Source: Octopus vulgaris
Taxonomy: Eukaryota
Direction: 5' to 3'
Length of the DNA stretch: 64,000 nt
NCBI GenBank assembly: GCA_951406725.2
Contig: OX597815.1
Coordinates: forward strand, 170,500,001 to 170,564,000
How positions within the stretch are numbered: position 1 is the first letter of the stretch; each line of letters opens with the position of its first letter. The translations under genes were made by a program, and so were the position numbers. The notes under the pieces were generated by a model. It saw only the letters and a program-made list of their open reading frames with translations. It was not told the origin of the DNA and ran no database searches. Shown piece by piece: positions 1 through 12,979 of this stretch.

Positions 1-139
1 GTCAACGCTGAAACGTAATGGACAGATCGGAAAGCGGTTGTAAATAATTCGTATAAGGAAAGGGAGAAATTGCATTAAGACACTGCTTGTGTATATCTAC
101 TTACTTACAAAAGGCTACTTCTAATCACAATTACATCAA

Positions 140-600
140 AATTGATATCCCTCCTATTTATTCAAACAGGTTAATGGGTTAGTGTCTCCTATTCTGGGAA
201 AATGGATCAAATATATTAGATTGATGCGATTAGTAGAAAATCTGAAAGTTTCTCGGTATAGACTTGACTGAATCTAATGACTAGGGGATATTATATAACA
301 TTCTGGTAAATGAAAGCTTGATCTGGTCATTACTTTGAAATTTAGAAATGCTGCCGACCAAAGGAACACTACAGTTTTCCTATAAATCAAAAATATCCGA
401 TTAATTCACATGACCAAAAATTCCTCGCTGTATCATAAATTAGATGCAGTTTGTAGGATTTTCTCAGAAGCAGTTGCTGCATACCTGTAGAGGTAAACTA
501 TATGCATTCACACATTCAGTATTTCCCAATCATATAATATTCGTATTTAGGAAAGAACAAGATTAAGAATTCAAAACCGATTGTGAATGTTACAAATCAA
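140..600 (+). mobile_element. Highly decayed Penelope-like RT remnant
   Basis: 161-199 translates FKQVNGLVSPILG, resembling the PLE RT motif Q..G..MGSP.SP.LA; RY-D-like (about 254) and RTRLR-like (about 554) remnants follow; many stops and frameshifts. Confidence 0.35.
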
Positions 601-690
601 GAAATACACGCATAAAATACCAGCTACTAATTTAGGAGAAAACAATAATAATTGCAAGATACAACTTATATATTGATCTGTCTAATTCGC

Positions 691-919
691 TTACTCCTAC
701 TCTTTACTCTTTTTACTCTTTTACTCGTTTCAGTCATTTGACTGTGGCTACACTGGAGCACCGCCTTTAGTTGAGCAAATCAACCCAGGACTTATTCTTT
801 TTTAAGCCTACTACTTATTCTATCGGTCCCTTTTGCTGAACTGCTAAGTTACGGGGACATAAACAGACCAGCATTGGTTGTTAAGTGATGTTGGTGGGGG
901 GACAAACGCAGACACAAAA

Positions 920-993
<74 letters not shown>

Positions 994-1145
994 TTATATA
1001 TGCATACATATACGACGGGCTTCTTTCAGTTTCTGTCTACCAAAACCACTCACCAGGCTTTGGTCGGCCCGAGACTATAGTAGAAGACATTTGCCCAAGG
1101 TGCCACGCAGTAGGACTGAACCTAGCTACTTACCACACAGTCACT
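691..1145 (-). mobile_element. SINE family A (tRNA-headed, CORE-like, internal microsatellite)
   Basis: Reverse complement matches the copy at 13440-13826: CCTTGGGCAA.TGTCTT CORE-like box, internal (TA)n/(TG)n, short tandem tail at 691-725. Confidence 0.9.
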
Positions 1146-1161
1146 AGCTTTATATATATAA

Positions 1162-1331
1162 ATATTGGACCGCGCTTAATTTTTCTCTCTCCTATTCCTT
1201 TCTGTCGAAGAGCGTAGGCTCGAAACGTAAAAAGACTTTTCCATTTCCTCCATCGTTTAACTAATACACCTGCTTGTTATTGCTACACCTGTTTTCATTT
1301 TTTGTTGTTCCATGAATCTGAACTATATATA
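1162..1331 (+). mobile_element. HHR-bearing short repeat, family H1 (PLE terminal-repeat-like)
   Basis: CTTT-CTGTCGA-A-GAGC GTAG GCTC-GAAAC-GTA-AAAAG at 1198-1234; ends in (TA)n; homologous to 19150, 36155 and 48995. Confidence 0.75.
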
Positions 1332-1846
1332 GGTATATAGACTTTTACTTTTTGCCGCCTAGTGTAGGCATGCAGAAAGTATCGCCTTCGATAATTTTAG
1401 ACGGTCGTATCAATCCAATTATTTGTTTCAGTCTGATGTATATTTTACATTGCTCTGCAGGACATAACAGAATGGAATATTTAAAACTGGAGATATACAG
1501 AGATACATACCTCTTAGTCCTACAGGCATGCACACAGACAGAAACAGAAGCAAGTAGATACATATATTGCGTAGAATACTACAAAGAAAGAATAAACTAC
1601 GCAACAAAACTCAATACAGATTTAATCATAAAAATACACCTTGAAACAATCAGAAATAATCAAACGTAGCGGGGAAAGAGCAACAAGCAAAGTGTGAAAA
1701 AGAAAAAGCACAAAAGTCGAAATTACACATAAAAATTTTAAAGTTGAAGAGATTTTTTGCATTGCTTACGCTAAAACTATGTTAACCCAGGGTATGCGCA
1801 CGAACAGCTCCACAGTGTATTTTAAACTATATTTTAAACTATAAAA

Positions 1847-2062
1847 GGCGGCGAGCTGGCAGACACGTTAGCACACCGGGCGAAATGCGTAGCCGTATTT
1901 CGTCTGCCGTTACGTTCTGAGTTCAAATTCCGCCGAGGTCGACTTTCGGCGTCGATAAATTAAGTACCAGTTTCGCACTGGGGTCGATGTAATCGACTAA
2001 ATCCCTTTGTCTGTCCTTGTTTGTCCCCTCTATGTTTAGCCCCTTGTGGGTAGTAAAGAAAT
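1847..2062 (+). mobile_element. SINE family B (tRNA-headed, Meta-domain-like)
   Basis: GGCGGCGAGCTGGCAG head, B-box GAGTTCAAATTCC, GTCGATAAATTAAGTACCAG central motif; homologous to 61842-62072 and 63908-64000. Confidence 0.9.
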
Positions 2063-3583
2063 ATATATTTAAAATACTTAAGTTAATAAACCGAAATAAG
2101 ATCCCACACCTTACGTGTTATTATTGTACACCAGTTACTCGTAATACTTTGTCGATACTCTCAAATTTCAATTCATTACGCAATTGCAAGCTTGAAGCGA
2201 CACCAAATCTCGTTAAAATAGATCCTCTCTGTATATCTAGGCGCCAATTAATTAACAATTTTACACTGATTTTGACTAATCATTCGCTCTGCCAAACGAT
2301 TTACTTTATCTATAATCATTTCAAATCGATCAGTTATCGTTACATGATATCTGTTGATTCACCATACATTGGTATTATACATTCATTACTGTATGAAGAT
2401 TCTCTTCATCGCCGTCTTGGTCCCTTAACTAGTTCGGTGGTCTTAGTCGTCGTCGTTTCAACATGCTTGAATAACTACATATGCTTGAATCTCGTCTGCA
2501 TCTCCTTAACTATCACTGAAGGGCCAGTTATCTTCATTTCCTTAGTGGCCTTTGCAGGCATAGAGCTCTCCATTTTCATGGCTGGTTCCGTTCATGGATC
2601 TTCTTGGCGTAGGTTTTCGCGGTCTCTCTCCTTTCTCCCACGCATTCACCTCATTCAATAATATATCAGACCAATCTCCGTGTCACTTAAGTTTTAGCTC
2701 CCGTGAGATCTAATAAAGGTAATAACATTACACAAACACACACATACTTACGTACATACATACATACATAGATATACATATACATACACAAACACACACA
2801 CACACACACAGATATGTGTGTGCGTGTGAATATATGTGTATACACATAAATGTACATTTGTGCGTGTCTGCGCGTATCGATGCATAGAAATTATTATGTG
2901 TGTGATGTTTGTGTTTGTATGTTTTCTACATATGTTTATACGTGTAAGGATATGCAATGCACATACAAGCACTTTCAACGAATGCTGCTCTTTCTGGAAC
3001 CCTTATCCTGTATCCCACTTGAACAAGAAAGCTTTTAATATAAATTCCATTTGATAACACCCCCACTCCACAGTGTGTTGCAATGAACTAGCAAACCACA
3101 TCAAACCTCAACGCTGAGACACATCCGGTTTGCACAGCATTTCAATATCAACTGATGCATATGTCCGATTGTATGAAACCACTAAATGTGCAGTTTGCCG
3201 TAGAACAAGCAATAGCTATTGACACTCGCTCACTAACTTCTTAAATAAAGCTGAAAATGATTATTCCTATTTTTATTTCTGTTTTGAGTTATCCACTCTT
3301 AACTTAATTAACACCTATATATTTCCTGTTTACAATCATCATGCTTGTAGTTAATTTTCATGGATTTATTCGCTATTTGCTTTTTCGCGATATACTTACA
3401 AATATGAATAATACAATACATCATTCCAATTTATAAACTGCAAATGCGGCAAAGCAAATCTCAGAGAGGAGTTCTGTGACGATAAAAGTCTGAATACAAA
3501 TTATTTCATTTTTACAACTATGTTAAGTATGAGTTCTCGAAATTGTATTCACTAACATGCAACCTGTTCTTACTTTTATTCAG

Positions 3584-3710
3584 AAAATCACTGGGATACT
3601 GGAAGCATGAAGTGAAACGAAGAGTATTAGTCCAGTTGGATGAATTGAGCTATTCCCGTTACATTAACTCTGTACTAAAGCAGGGAACAATCATGCAGTA
3701 CTTCTATAAT
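3584..3710 (+). CDS. Candidate internal coding exon of an unidentified host gene
   Basis: Branch-like CTAAC, polypyrimidine TTCTTACTTTTATTCAG acceptor, open frame KSLGYWKHEVKRRVLVQLDELSYSRYINSVLKQGTIMQYFYN, donor AAT|GTGAGA; unique sequence. Confidence 0.5.
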
Positions 3711-4992
3711 GTGAGATCAATTTAAGACATATTGTTTTCAAATTGGAAGGTTGCTCATTTAAAAAACAAAAAAAGAATGTTGGCGCTGTCTCTCCTGTAT
3801 CCATGAATGATGCTCAAAATTGGGTTCGAAATTTGGGATAAGTAGAGACAGGGTGGCTGCGGTTTGGCAAGTTGGATTAAGGTGCTGCGTTATCAATATG
3901 ACTATTACGGCCAATTCGTAGTACATGAAATGCCTTCAACAATGCTACTGAGAATGGAAAAAAAATGTACTGTCATGTTTTTATGAGAATATATTGGCTT
4001 CTCTCATTGAAGAAAAAAATGGGATACCATAAAATGTCTGCTGATTCTTTAATATCAGAAGCCCAGAAATTTAAATTAACCAAAGCCCGCTGGAACATGC
4101 TACTACGAGACTGAGTGGACACTATTGTTTTTACGGCATTGTCAATAATATTAGGAAGCAAAAAGAGCAAGAGAGAGGCTCTTTACATGGCAGTGGCCAG
4201 CTTCGAAATGAATGCGTCGTAATCGTTGCGATGCAGTCCAGCACAGGTTGGACTGAGATATATACGCAACAAACAGATATGATGTTAGAATAACAGCGGC
4301 AACAAATGAAATACAACGGACCAAGAGTCCGGAGTGAATGACTGGAATGCGCGTACTGAAACGGAGTGTGCAAGAGCAGCACAGGTAATATGTGAGCAAA
4401 GGAATCTATCATGGGCCTTATTATGAATAACGAGGCAATCAATTTGCGATCATTTTGCCAAGCGGTATATGATATACTTATTTCTCTGGTTAATTTTAGA
4501 TGTCAAAACTGAAGTGGCACTGTTGACTGTAATTTATTTTTAAATGCCCCTGTATTCTGGACTGTATACTGAAATAGTGCATGCATTTTCCCTGTGCCTC
4601 TATTCTAACACCCGTTTATGCATTTTTTACATGAATATTTTCGTTCGTTTCAAGTCTAATTTCAGTATTAACTTTTTTCTTTTTTCCTTTTTATATTACT
4701 AAGCCTTCCTTTACTGGCACCACTAAAAGCGAAGTAATAAAGTGCAGACGCTTTGAAATTTCAGGTTTTATTTCTTAAAATCATTTCTCTCCGTCACTAT
4801 ATGCGTAAACAATAAACAATAAAGTGGACGTCCTCTTCACATGCACTACAATTAGGTGTGTGACTGCTACTTTTGAGTTTAGAGCTCTACGTAGATTATC
4901 ATCACCCAGTCTATTTCCAGTGTAATGATTTGGCTACAACTGCAATTATTAGTATTAGAGGTTATGAGATACAGAGAACCTATAGAAGATAC

Positions 4993-5236
4993 ACAATTTT
5001 GTATCATTAGTTCCTACGTACACTTCATGACTGTATCAATATGGATTTCCTAAATGTAATTGGATGGTTAGTCACATGTGATAAAAAGACACATTAACAC
5101 TGTTACATAATGCAATGAAGCGTTCACCTAATGATCCATTGCACTGAAGCATCCAATTGCGCTTCAAGAATGCACTGCAGAGTTCCAAGTGACCACAATG
5201 GTGAAACGTACGTTGGAACTAATGACACAAACTTGT
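4993..5236. mobile_element. MITE-like element with about 40-bp imperfect TIRs
   Basis: ACAATTTTGTATCATTAGTTCCTACGTAC (left) is the near reverse complement of GTACGTTGGAACTAATGACACAAACTTGT (right). Confidence 0.7.
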
Positions 5237-5469
5237 CTTTATAGTAATCGCTTTTAATTGTAAAGACAATTAAACATTATAAGAAGAACTATTCACTACT
5301 TTAAAATTGAGTATCAAATGTATTTTTACAAAGGAAAGAATGATAGAAATAGTAGTGGACGAACTTACAATAAGCCCAGTTATCATGAAAATAAATTTTT
5401 ATGGGGCTTGAATCATTAGATTTTGGGGTTGTTATTTTCCCAAAGTAAAAATACAGAAATAACAGGCAT

Positions 5470-5880
5470 ATTCTTTATTGTTTTATTTGTTTGAGTCATT
5501 TGACTGCGGCCATGCTGGAGCACCGCCTTTAATCGAGCAACTCGACCCCGGGACTTATTCTTTGTAAGCCCAGTACTTATTCTATCGGTCTCTTTTTGCC
5601 GAACCGCTAAGTGACGGGGACATAAACACACCAGCATCGGTTGTCAAGCAAAGCTAGAGGGACAAACACAGACACACAAACACACACACATACATATATA
5701 TACATACATATATACGACGGGCTTCTTTCATTTTCCGTCTACCAAATCCACTCACACAAGGCTTTGGTCGGCCCGAGACTATAGTAGAAGACACTTGCCC
5801 AAGGTGCCACGCAGTGGGACTGAAGCCGGAACCATGTGGTTGGTAAACAAGCTACTTCCCACACAGCCACTCCTGCGCCT
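5470..5880 (-). mobile_element. SINE family A, near full length
   Basis: Head AGGCGCAGGAGTGGCTGTGTGG on the minus strand, CORE-like box, internal microsatellite, conserved 3' end CAGTCAAATGACT. Confidence 0.92.
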
Positions 5881-6321
5881 ATATGCCTGTAAAAAAGCTA
5901 ACAAATCAAATTAAATAAAGTAAAATAAGACAAATGCACAAACTCATCTTCTTAATGTAGTTTGTTTCAGGGGAAGATAGATAAACAAATAGATAGATAG
6001 GTAGATAGATAGATAGACAGACAGACAGAAAGATAGCTAGGTAGCTGAGGTAGATAGATAGATACAGATACAGATTGGTACTTCTGTTCATGTTGAAATG
6101 ATTTCTTGTGTACATGTATTATTAGAATTAATTATCTATAAAAAGAATAATATTTTTATATTTGCCCTATATTTTTTTGTATTTATATCGGCAAGAGAAG
6201 CCATAAGATTATTTGTATATCTCATTCAGCACATCCCCAAGTTTCTGATTTATTTATATGACGTTGAAGAAAATTCGCCCACAACAGGAAACGAGGAAAG
6301 CTTGCATATTCTTAATTCTTG

Positions 6322-6386
6322 TATGTATACATCCTTACATACATACACATATTTTCATTACGTACGTACGCATACATATATCTGTG

Positions 6387-6466
<80 letters not shown>

Positions 6467-6540
6467 CACATATATACACAGATATATGTATGCGTACGTA
6501 CATATGAAAATATGTGTATGTATGTAAGGATGTATATATA
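6322..6540. repeat. Palindrome with about 75-bp arms around a (TA)n core
   Basis: TATACATCCTTACATACATACACATATTTTCAT... mirrored by ...ATGAAAATATGTGTATGTATGTAAGGATGTATA. Confidence 0.9.
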
Positions 6541-6646
6541 TATATATATATGTTTGTGTGTGTGTGTGGGGTGTAGATAGATAGAAATCCTTGTGTGCGT
6601 ATGCATGTATATATATATATATGTAAAATATGAGAAGGGGAGAGAT

Positions 6647-6694
<48 letters not shown>

Positions 6695-7526
6695 AAAGAA
6701 AGAATCATATTATTAGATGTATTTGCAAACAGACACACTATCTCATACAAGCGCATATACGAATAATAAACAGAGATGATTTTACTTAAGTGCGAAAATA
6801 CACAATAGTAATAAACCAAGGAATTCAGCGCAGAGCGTGGCTGATGTTGATTTCTTTTCTCCCTTTTCTCATAATTCACAGCGTCTATACTGTCGTTTAA
6901 AAATTGGACAGCATAATCAGCTTTCTAATTCTATTCCCGTCTCGGAGGAATCAATTGTAATGGCCACCTTCTAACAACAAATGACATTTTCAGCAAACAT
7001 GAATACGTTCATAAAGCTTGCTGAAATCTGCTATTGATTTATCCAAATACTGGTTATCGCAAAATTGCTGCTTCTCTGAGCTGCATACAGTCTCTATAGG
7101 CCTTTCATTGTTATTGTTATTGTTTATTTAATCTGGTGAATAACCGTTGGCATCACAACAGTGTGCTTGATGTGTAAAATATGCGTAAGGGCAATGTGTT
7201 ATCTATGTGCATAACAGCAATGTGCTAGCGAGAAAACGTGTTACCCGATTCATATTTATCCTTTTAATTTATTCTGTGTTCAATGCATGCTACATTCATT
7301 TTTTCAATCATTATATCCCTTTGCCGTCAATATGATTTGATTTTATGCAAAAAATTTCCTGTATATTTTTTAGTTGATATTTTGAATTATGTTTAAACAT
7401 TCATTATTCTCGAAAGCTCGATAACACCATATCTCCCTTGTTTTTCTTCCTACGGGTGTTACTTTTGTTTATATACATCCACTTACACGTAACAGTATCA
7501 ATAACAGTTTCCTTCTCTCTATTTAG

Positions 7527-7562
7527 GAGGTTGGTAATGTCACTGTGGTTCCTAACTTGTGA
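7527..7562 (+). CDS. Candidate terminal coding exon (EVGNVTVVPNL*)
   Basis: Strong acceptor TTTCCTTCTCTCTATTTAG, phase-compatible with 3584-3710, TGA at 7560-7562, AATAAA at 7595 and 7605. Confidence 0.3.
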   Translation, partial: EVGNVTVVPNL

Positions 7563-7734
7563 TTATTTGTCAAAGATTTGCTTTTAGAATATATAATAAA
7601 TTTAAATAAAGCAGATAAATTAATTACACCTACTCTCACACCATGTTCGAAAGCTTTGTCAAAACAACGCGGTGTATGCATAGGTTAAGCTGTTTATATT
7701 TAAGTGTGTGTGTGTGTGTGAGTGTGTGCATTTC

Positions 7735-8420
7735 CATCTTCAGTCGTTAGAGGTCTTTCATTGTACAATATCCCGCAGTCTACGATTCATACGGTGGCAA
7801 GCTGTTCTTGGTCGTCTCCTCTCGCGCTTCCCACCATCTAGCGTTTTAAGCAGCAGGCACTATTGATAGCATTCATTGAGTGGGTGTCACTGTTAGTAAC
7901 CAATCCATCTTAGCCGGCGTCTCTTTATCCTTGTGCTTGTTTGCTTTTCGTCTGCCATTGGTACAATATATCATTGGAAACCTGGTCGTTAAAGGATATC
8001 TGATATATTTTCGTCAGGTTTCTTGTGTGAAAAAGTGTTCACCATGGTCCTTTGCCGATTCGAATTTATTACCCATGTTCCGCATCCGCATTTAAAAAAA
8101 TCTTTACCTTCGTTGTTGGGTTGATGTCTGGCGACCAGAGGTGTTAAAGCTGCGACGTTTCTCTGAGTGCCACCCTCATTCTATCTATGATGTCATTATT
8201 TGAGTTCTAAGATCAGTTATAGTCGATCCAAGGTAAGTGAATTTATGAACCCTCGATATCTGCTTTCCATTTGTAAGGACGCTTGTTGCTTCACCTGTGT
8301 TTATATTCATGGTAATGTACTCTGTCTTCGATTCGTTTATTTCTAGCCCCACAGTCTTTGCTTCTCGCATGACACAATCTCAGTAGTCTTGTGCTTCTTT
8401 GAGGCTAGAAGCAAAAAGAA
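7735..8420 (-). mobile_element. Non-LTR retrotransposon 3' fragment (RTE/RTE-X/Proto2-like)
   Basis: REAKTVGLEINESKTEY...FTYLGS corresponds to non-LTR RT subdomains 6-7; frameshifted downstream; specific clade uncertain. Confidence 0.75.
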
Positions 8421-8812
8421 GATGGAAATAAGTGGGAAGCCTTAATAAGCTCTGTCTGCCAATGACTGATTATCCCTTTTACCCTGTTATTCATATTTCT
8501 TTGTTGAATTTTGGCATATACATATATTTATTATAGATATAGGGTAAAAAATTATTAAGTTATAATTAATAAATTTCACCAAGTAGTTTCGGTATGGAAA
8601 TAGTTTCATTATTTTCCTTCTTTTTTTTTTTTTGGCCTGTGTGAGTTACAGAGACGGTTGTCTGTGGAGTCATATTTTGTAGCGAAAAGAAATAACGGTC
8701 TCTTGACTGCTATTTCTAAATTTTTCGGTATGTAGATAAGCAACTCGTTGCTAAACCCTTAATTATTGTTACACACACATACACACACACACACACACAT
8801 ACAGTCACACAC

Positions 8813-8845
<33 letters not shown>

Positions 8846-9403
8846 GCTGTGTGTGTGTAGGTATCTAAATGTTTTCCGTAGAGAAGTTCATTCGATGTGG
8901 GTGAGAATTAAAAACATAAACAATGGAATTCGATAAATGCTCTCATCGCATTAAATATGAAACTACATACATTCTGATTGACTATTAAAGATTAGGTATA
9001 GCGAGTTAGATAAGGTGTTAAATAGATTGTTCAATCTATGGCAAGGTGATAATGGCATATAACTTAATTTACATTAGTTATTGTGAAATAATCGACGATA
9101 CGACCAAATGTGAATAAAATGCAGATATCTTTAGTATTCCTAAAATTCAGGGATTGCAACGGTTTGTGCAAATATACATTTGCAAGTGTAACTATTCTTA
9201 TGTTCCTTTCGCATCTGGAAAATAAATAAATGTGTGTGTAGTTCCGTTTCTATTTTCTTCATTTTCATTATCAAAATTCACATGACGTTAAAGAGTCGCA
9301 TCTTCAGATGTGCACAAATCTATTTCAATATTTAAATTCTCATATATTTGAGCAAAAAAAGAAAATAGCAGTGTCACTGTATTACGCAAATGCTGTATAA
9401 ATA

Positions 9404-9797
9404 ATCTTTTATCTTTTAATTTTTTCCGGTCATTAGACTGCGAGCGTGCTGGGACACCACCTTGAATAATTTTAGTCGAACCGATCGATCCCGGTGCTAG
9501 ATTTTGAAGCCTGGTTCGTGTTCTATATACACTTTTGCAGAACCAATAAGTTACACGGACATAAACACGCGAATACCGATTGTCAAGCAGAGTTGGGGGA
9601 CAAATACAGATACAAAGACATACATACACATACATACACACATACATACATACACACGCACATACATACATACATACATACATACATACATACATACATA
9701 CATGCAAACATACATACATACATACATATATACTTACATACATACATATATACTTACATACATACATATATACTTACATACATACATACATATATAC

Positions 9798-9835
<38 letters not shown>

Positions 9836-10184
9836 GCAAACATACATACATACATACATACATACATACATACATACAAATATACTTACATACATACATA
9901 CATATATACTTACATACATACATATATACTTACATACATACATACATACATGCACACATACATACATGGATACATATTTACAACCACAAACACACACAAA
10001 ATACACACACACACATATATAAAAGGTAGGTTTCTCCCAGTTACCATCTATCAAATCCACTCAAATCATTTTGGTGGGTCTCAGGCTATATTAGGACGCA
10101 TACCTCGACCCACGTTCCCGCAGGGGAGCTCAACCCCCAAAAATGTGACTGGGAACTAAACTTCTTAACACAGCCACGCCTGCG
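9404..10184 (-). mobile_element. SINE family A with internal (TACA)n expanded to about 400 bp
   Basis: Family A 3' half at 9404-9620 and head at 10020-10184 flank the expanded tetranucleotide tract. Confidence 0.85.
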
Positions 10185-10385
10185 AGGAGTTTCAGTTGCT
10201 TTTAAAAAAAAAAAGTTAGCTTTCGAAAATCTTTCTTGCTAAGACTTAGTGGTATGCCGAATTTTGTATCCAAATGCCTACTTAATTTTGAATTTTTCCA
10301 ATAACTAACTAATTCGATCATTAATAACTTCTCGAAACCTACGAATAATTGAGAAACAATTAACAATAGCTATTTCATTTGACCG

Positions 10386-10697
10386 TGGAGGCGCAATGGC
10401 CCAGTGGTTAGGGCAGCGGACACGCGTTCGGAGGATCGCGGTTTCGATTCCCAGACCGGGCGTTGTGTGTGTTTATTGAGAGAAAACACCCAAAGCTCCA
10501 AGAGGCTCCGGCAGGCGCGGTGGCAACCCATATTGTGCTCTTTCGCCCCAACTTTCTCTCACTCTTTCTTCCTGTTTCTTGAGTAACGTTGCGATGGACT
10601 GGCGTCCTGTCCAGCTGGGGGGAACACATATGCCATAGAAACCGGGAAACCGGGCCCATGAGCCTGGCTAGGCTTGAAAAGAGCGCATAAAAAAAAA
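10386..10697 (+). mobile_element. SINE family C (tRNA-Arg-like head), full length with TSD
   Basis: A-box TGGCCCAGTGG, B-box GTTTCGATTCC, oligo-A tail, exact 14-bp TSD ATTTCATTTGACCG at 10372-10385 and 10697-10710. Confidence 0.92.
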
Positions 10698-11724
10698 TTT
10701 CATTTGACCGCAATAATACTGTATCTACAGTTTTCAGCATCATTCAATTTCATTCCCTCCTAAAAAATCAATGCAATAATTGAGTCAAATCTGTATAAAA
10801 TACTGTTTCAAATCATAGTATTTATACAAGAAATTCTATGATAATGTTTCTGTATAAAAAGGAGAGAAGTTAAATAGGAAGCAAGAGATTTCTTTCTTTC
10901 TTGTGTTTTACACGAATTCTTTAATGTATGAAGACCTCGGCAAATTGCGTTCACCGACTGTTAATTGAAATTCCAAACCGCTAATTTCCTCCTTTGCAAA
11001 TTACTAGTTAAGTGTAAATCTCCTTTGCAAGTGTAATTTCAGTACTAATTACATTATTTGGATTCATATTTGTTCATGAATATATTCCGTGATAAATTTA
11101 CTTAATAACTTATCCAAAGTACTGTTGCACTGATAAGCTCTAGCTGTACCAATACAGAAAACTGATATTGCATAATTTTCGTTCATATAAACGTCTTGTG
11201 GGAATCTTCTCATTGTCAAATCAAAGCTGAAGCTAAACTGGATCCAAATAAGAGGCAAACGGGATCCAAGCAAAGAACTTTAATATAATTAGACATTTAA
11301 CATCTTGGTGTTGTCAGGAAATAAAATATGCACATGCACACAAAAAAAACAACAAAACAAAACAAGAGCAATTGTTAAAAGACAACCCATTAATGATAGT
11401 TAACAAGCATAATCAAAGATACAACTGCTGAAGCCTTTTCAAGAAATGATACGTATTAAGTGAAGCAGGTAAAAATTAATGCCGTTAATTAAAAACTGAC
11501 TGTAAACTAATACAAGTGCGAGTTGGAAAATGAAACCGTTGTTGTAAGATAGTTATAAATACATACAGGTCTTAAAAATACATGACTGAATCGTTAGTGG
11601 CTAGCGTTTAACAAAGGAAAATGTAATATATCTGCGACACACGCAACTACTAGCTTTTGATATGCTTAAGGTAAGCTATTGCTGAATTTTCGAAACATTT
11701 AAAAACATCCTGAGATTTCTACAG

Positions 11725-12328
11725 TTCTATATTTAAGAGATGTGGAATTATATACATTATCTATATTATTTACATTATTTACATGTGACGAATATTTGTC
11801 CTCATCTTGTTTGTTGTTGACACAACGTTTCGGCTGATATACCCTCCAGCCTTCATCAGGTGTCTTGGGGAAATTTCGAACCTGGGTTCTCATTCATAAG
11901 GTATTTTTCGATGTTATTATTATTGTTATTTTTCAGGTCACAGCCTGGAATCGAACTCCGTATCTTGGGGTTAGTTCACCGCGCTCTTAACCACTACGCC
12001 GTGGGCAATTATGAAGTTAATTTTTAGGGCTTGTAAATTTAATATTTTCCTATCCCTCCCTAATACCGGTTCCCATATGCTATTCATATCTGCACTCTGT
12101 CTGCTTTGGAGGTTGTTGTGTGATGCTTCTTTTAGTGATGCTTCATGTGATGCTTCTTTTAGTTTTCGTATTTTCCGGTGGTGTTGTCTGTCTATTATTT
12201 TAACTTCATCAAACAGGAAGAGGTGGTCTCCATTTTCCCATACATGATCAGCTGATGGGCATATGGCATAGTGGTTAAGAGCACGGGCTACTAACCCCAA
12301 GATTCCGAGTTCGATTCCAGGCTGTGAA

Positions 12329-12396
<68 letters not shown>

Positions 12397-12548
12397 CATG
12401 GAAAAATACTTTAGGAATGAGAACCCAAGTTCGAAATTTTTCCAAGGCAACTGATGAAGGTATATCAGCCTAAACGTTGCGTTAACAACAAACAAGACGA
12501 TGACAAGTATCCGTCAAATGTAAACAATGAAAATAATATAAATAATGT
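11725..12548 (-). mobile_element. 5'-truncated Penelope-like element with inverted terminal repeats containing a tRNA-like module and HHR
   Basis: 12010-12256 (-) encodes ADHVWENGDH..FDEVKIIDRQHHRKIRKLKEA..IWEPVL, like a PLE GIY-YIG C-terminus; arms 11725-12006 and 12257-12548 are inverted copies; imperfect 18-bp TSD at 11707-11724 and 12549-12566. Confidence 0.85.
11819..11864 (-). ncRNA. Minimal type I hammerhead ribozyme
   Basis: Minus strand GACAC-CTGATGA-A-GGCTG(N10)CAGCC-GAAAC-GTT-GTGTC: stems I and II intact, canonical core, loopless palindromic stem III. Confidence 0.8.
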
Positions 12549-12931
12549 ATTCTGAGATTTATATAGAAACCCATTATTACCCATTTTATTGTGTGGGTAT
12601 CACTGCGCTTTCTATTGCGAGTTTCTATGAAAGTGAGAGACTATAAAATGTGATTTAGTTGAATGCTTACAATAGAATTAAAATAAAATTCAACATTTTT
12701 ATTTACAACCGAATAGCTTTGCAATACAATTAAAGCATTTCAATTTCATTCATCAGAGATTATTTCTAGACGCTATTGCTTAAAATTAAGTTTGAATTTG
12801 AAATCTTAGAAATTGTGCAAAAGCGATTGTTATAATAATAATTATAGCACTATAATTCTGTGCTTTTCTTCTCGGTTTTGATATAAAATATTTTGATATC
12901 CAATATCTTATTAATATTTATAGCCTTATTA

Positions 12932-12979
<48 letters not shown>

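Noticed and set aside
2017-2661. 214-aa ORF, among the longest not made of microsatellite
   Set aside because: Starts at TTG inside a SINE tail and has no recognisable motif.
10388-10460. tRNA-like sequences here and at 12257, 41610, 42495 and 56848
   Set aside because: Stems are imperfect and each continues into a repeat body, so they are SINE or PLE heads rather than tRNA genes.
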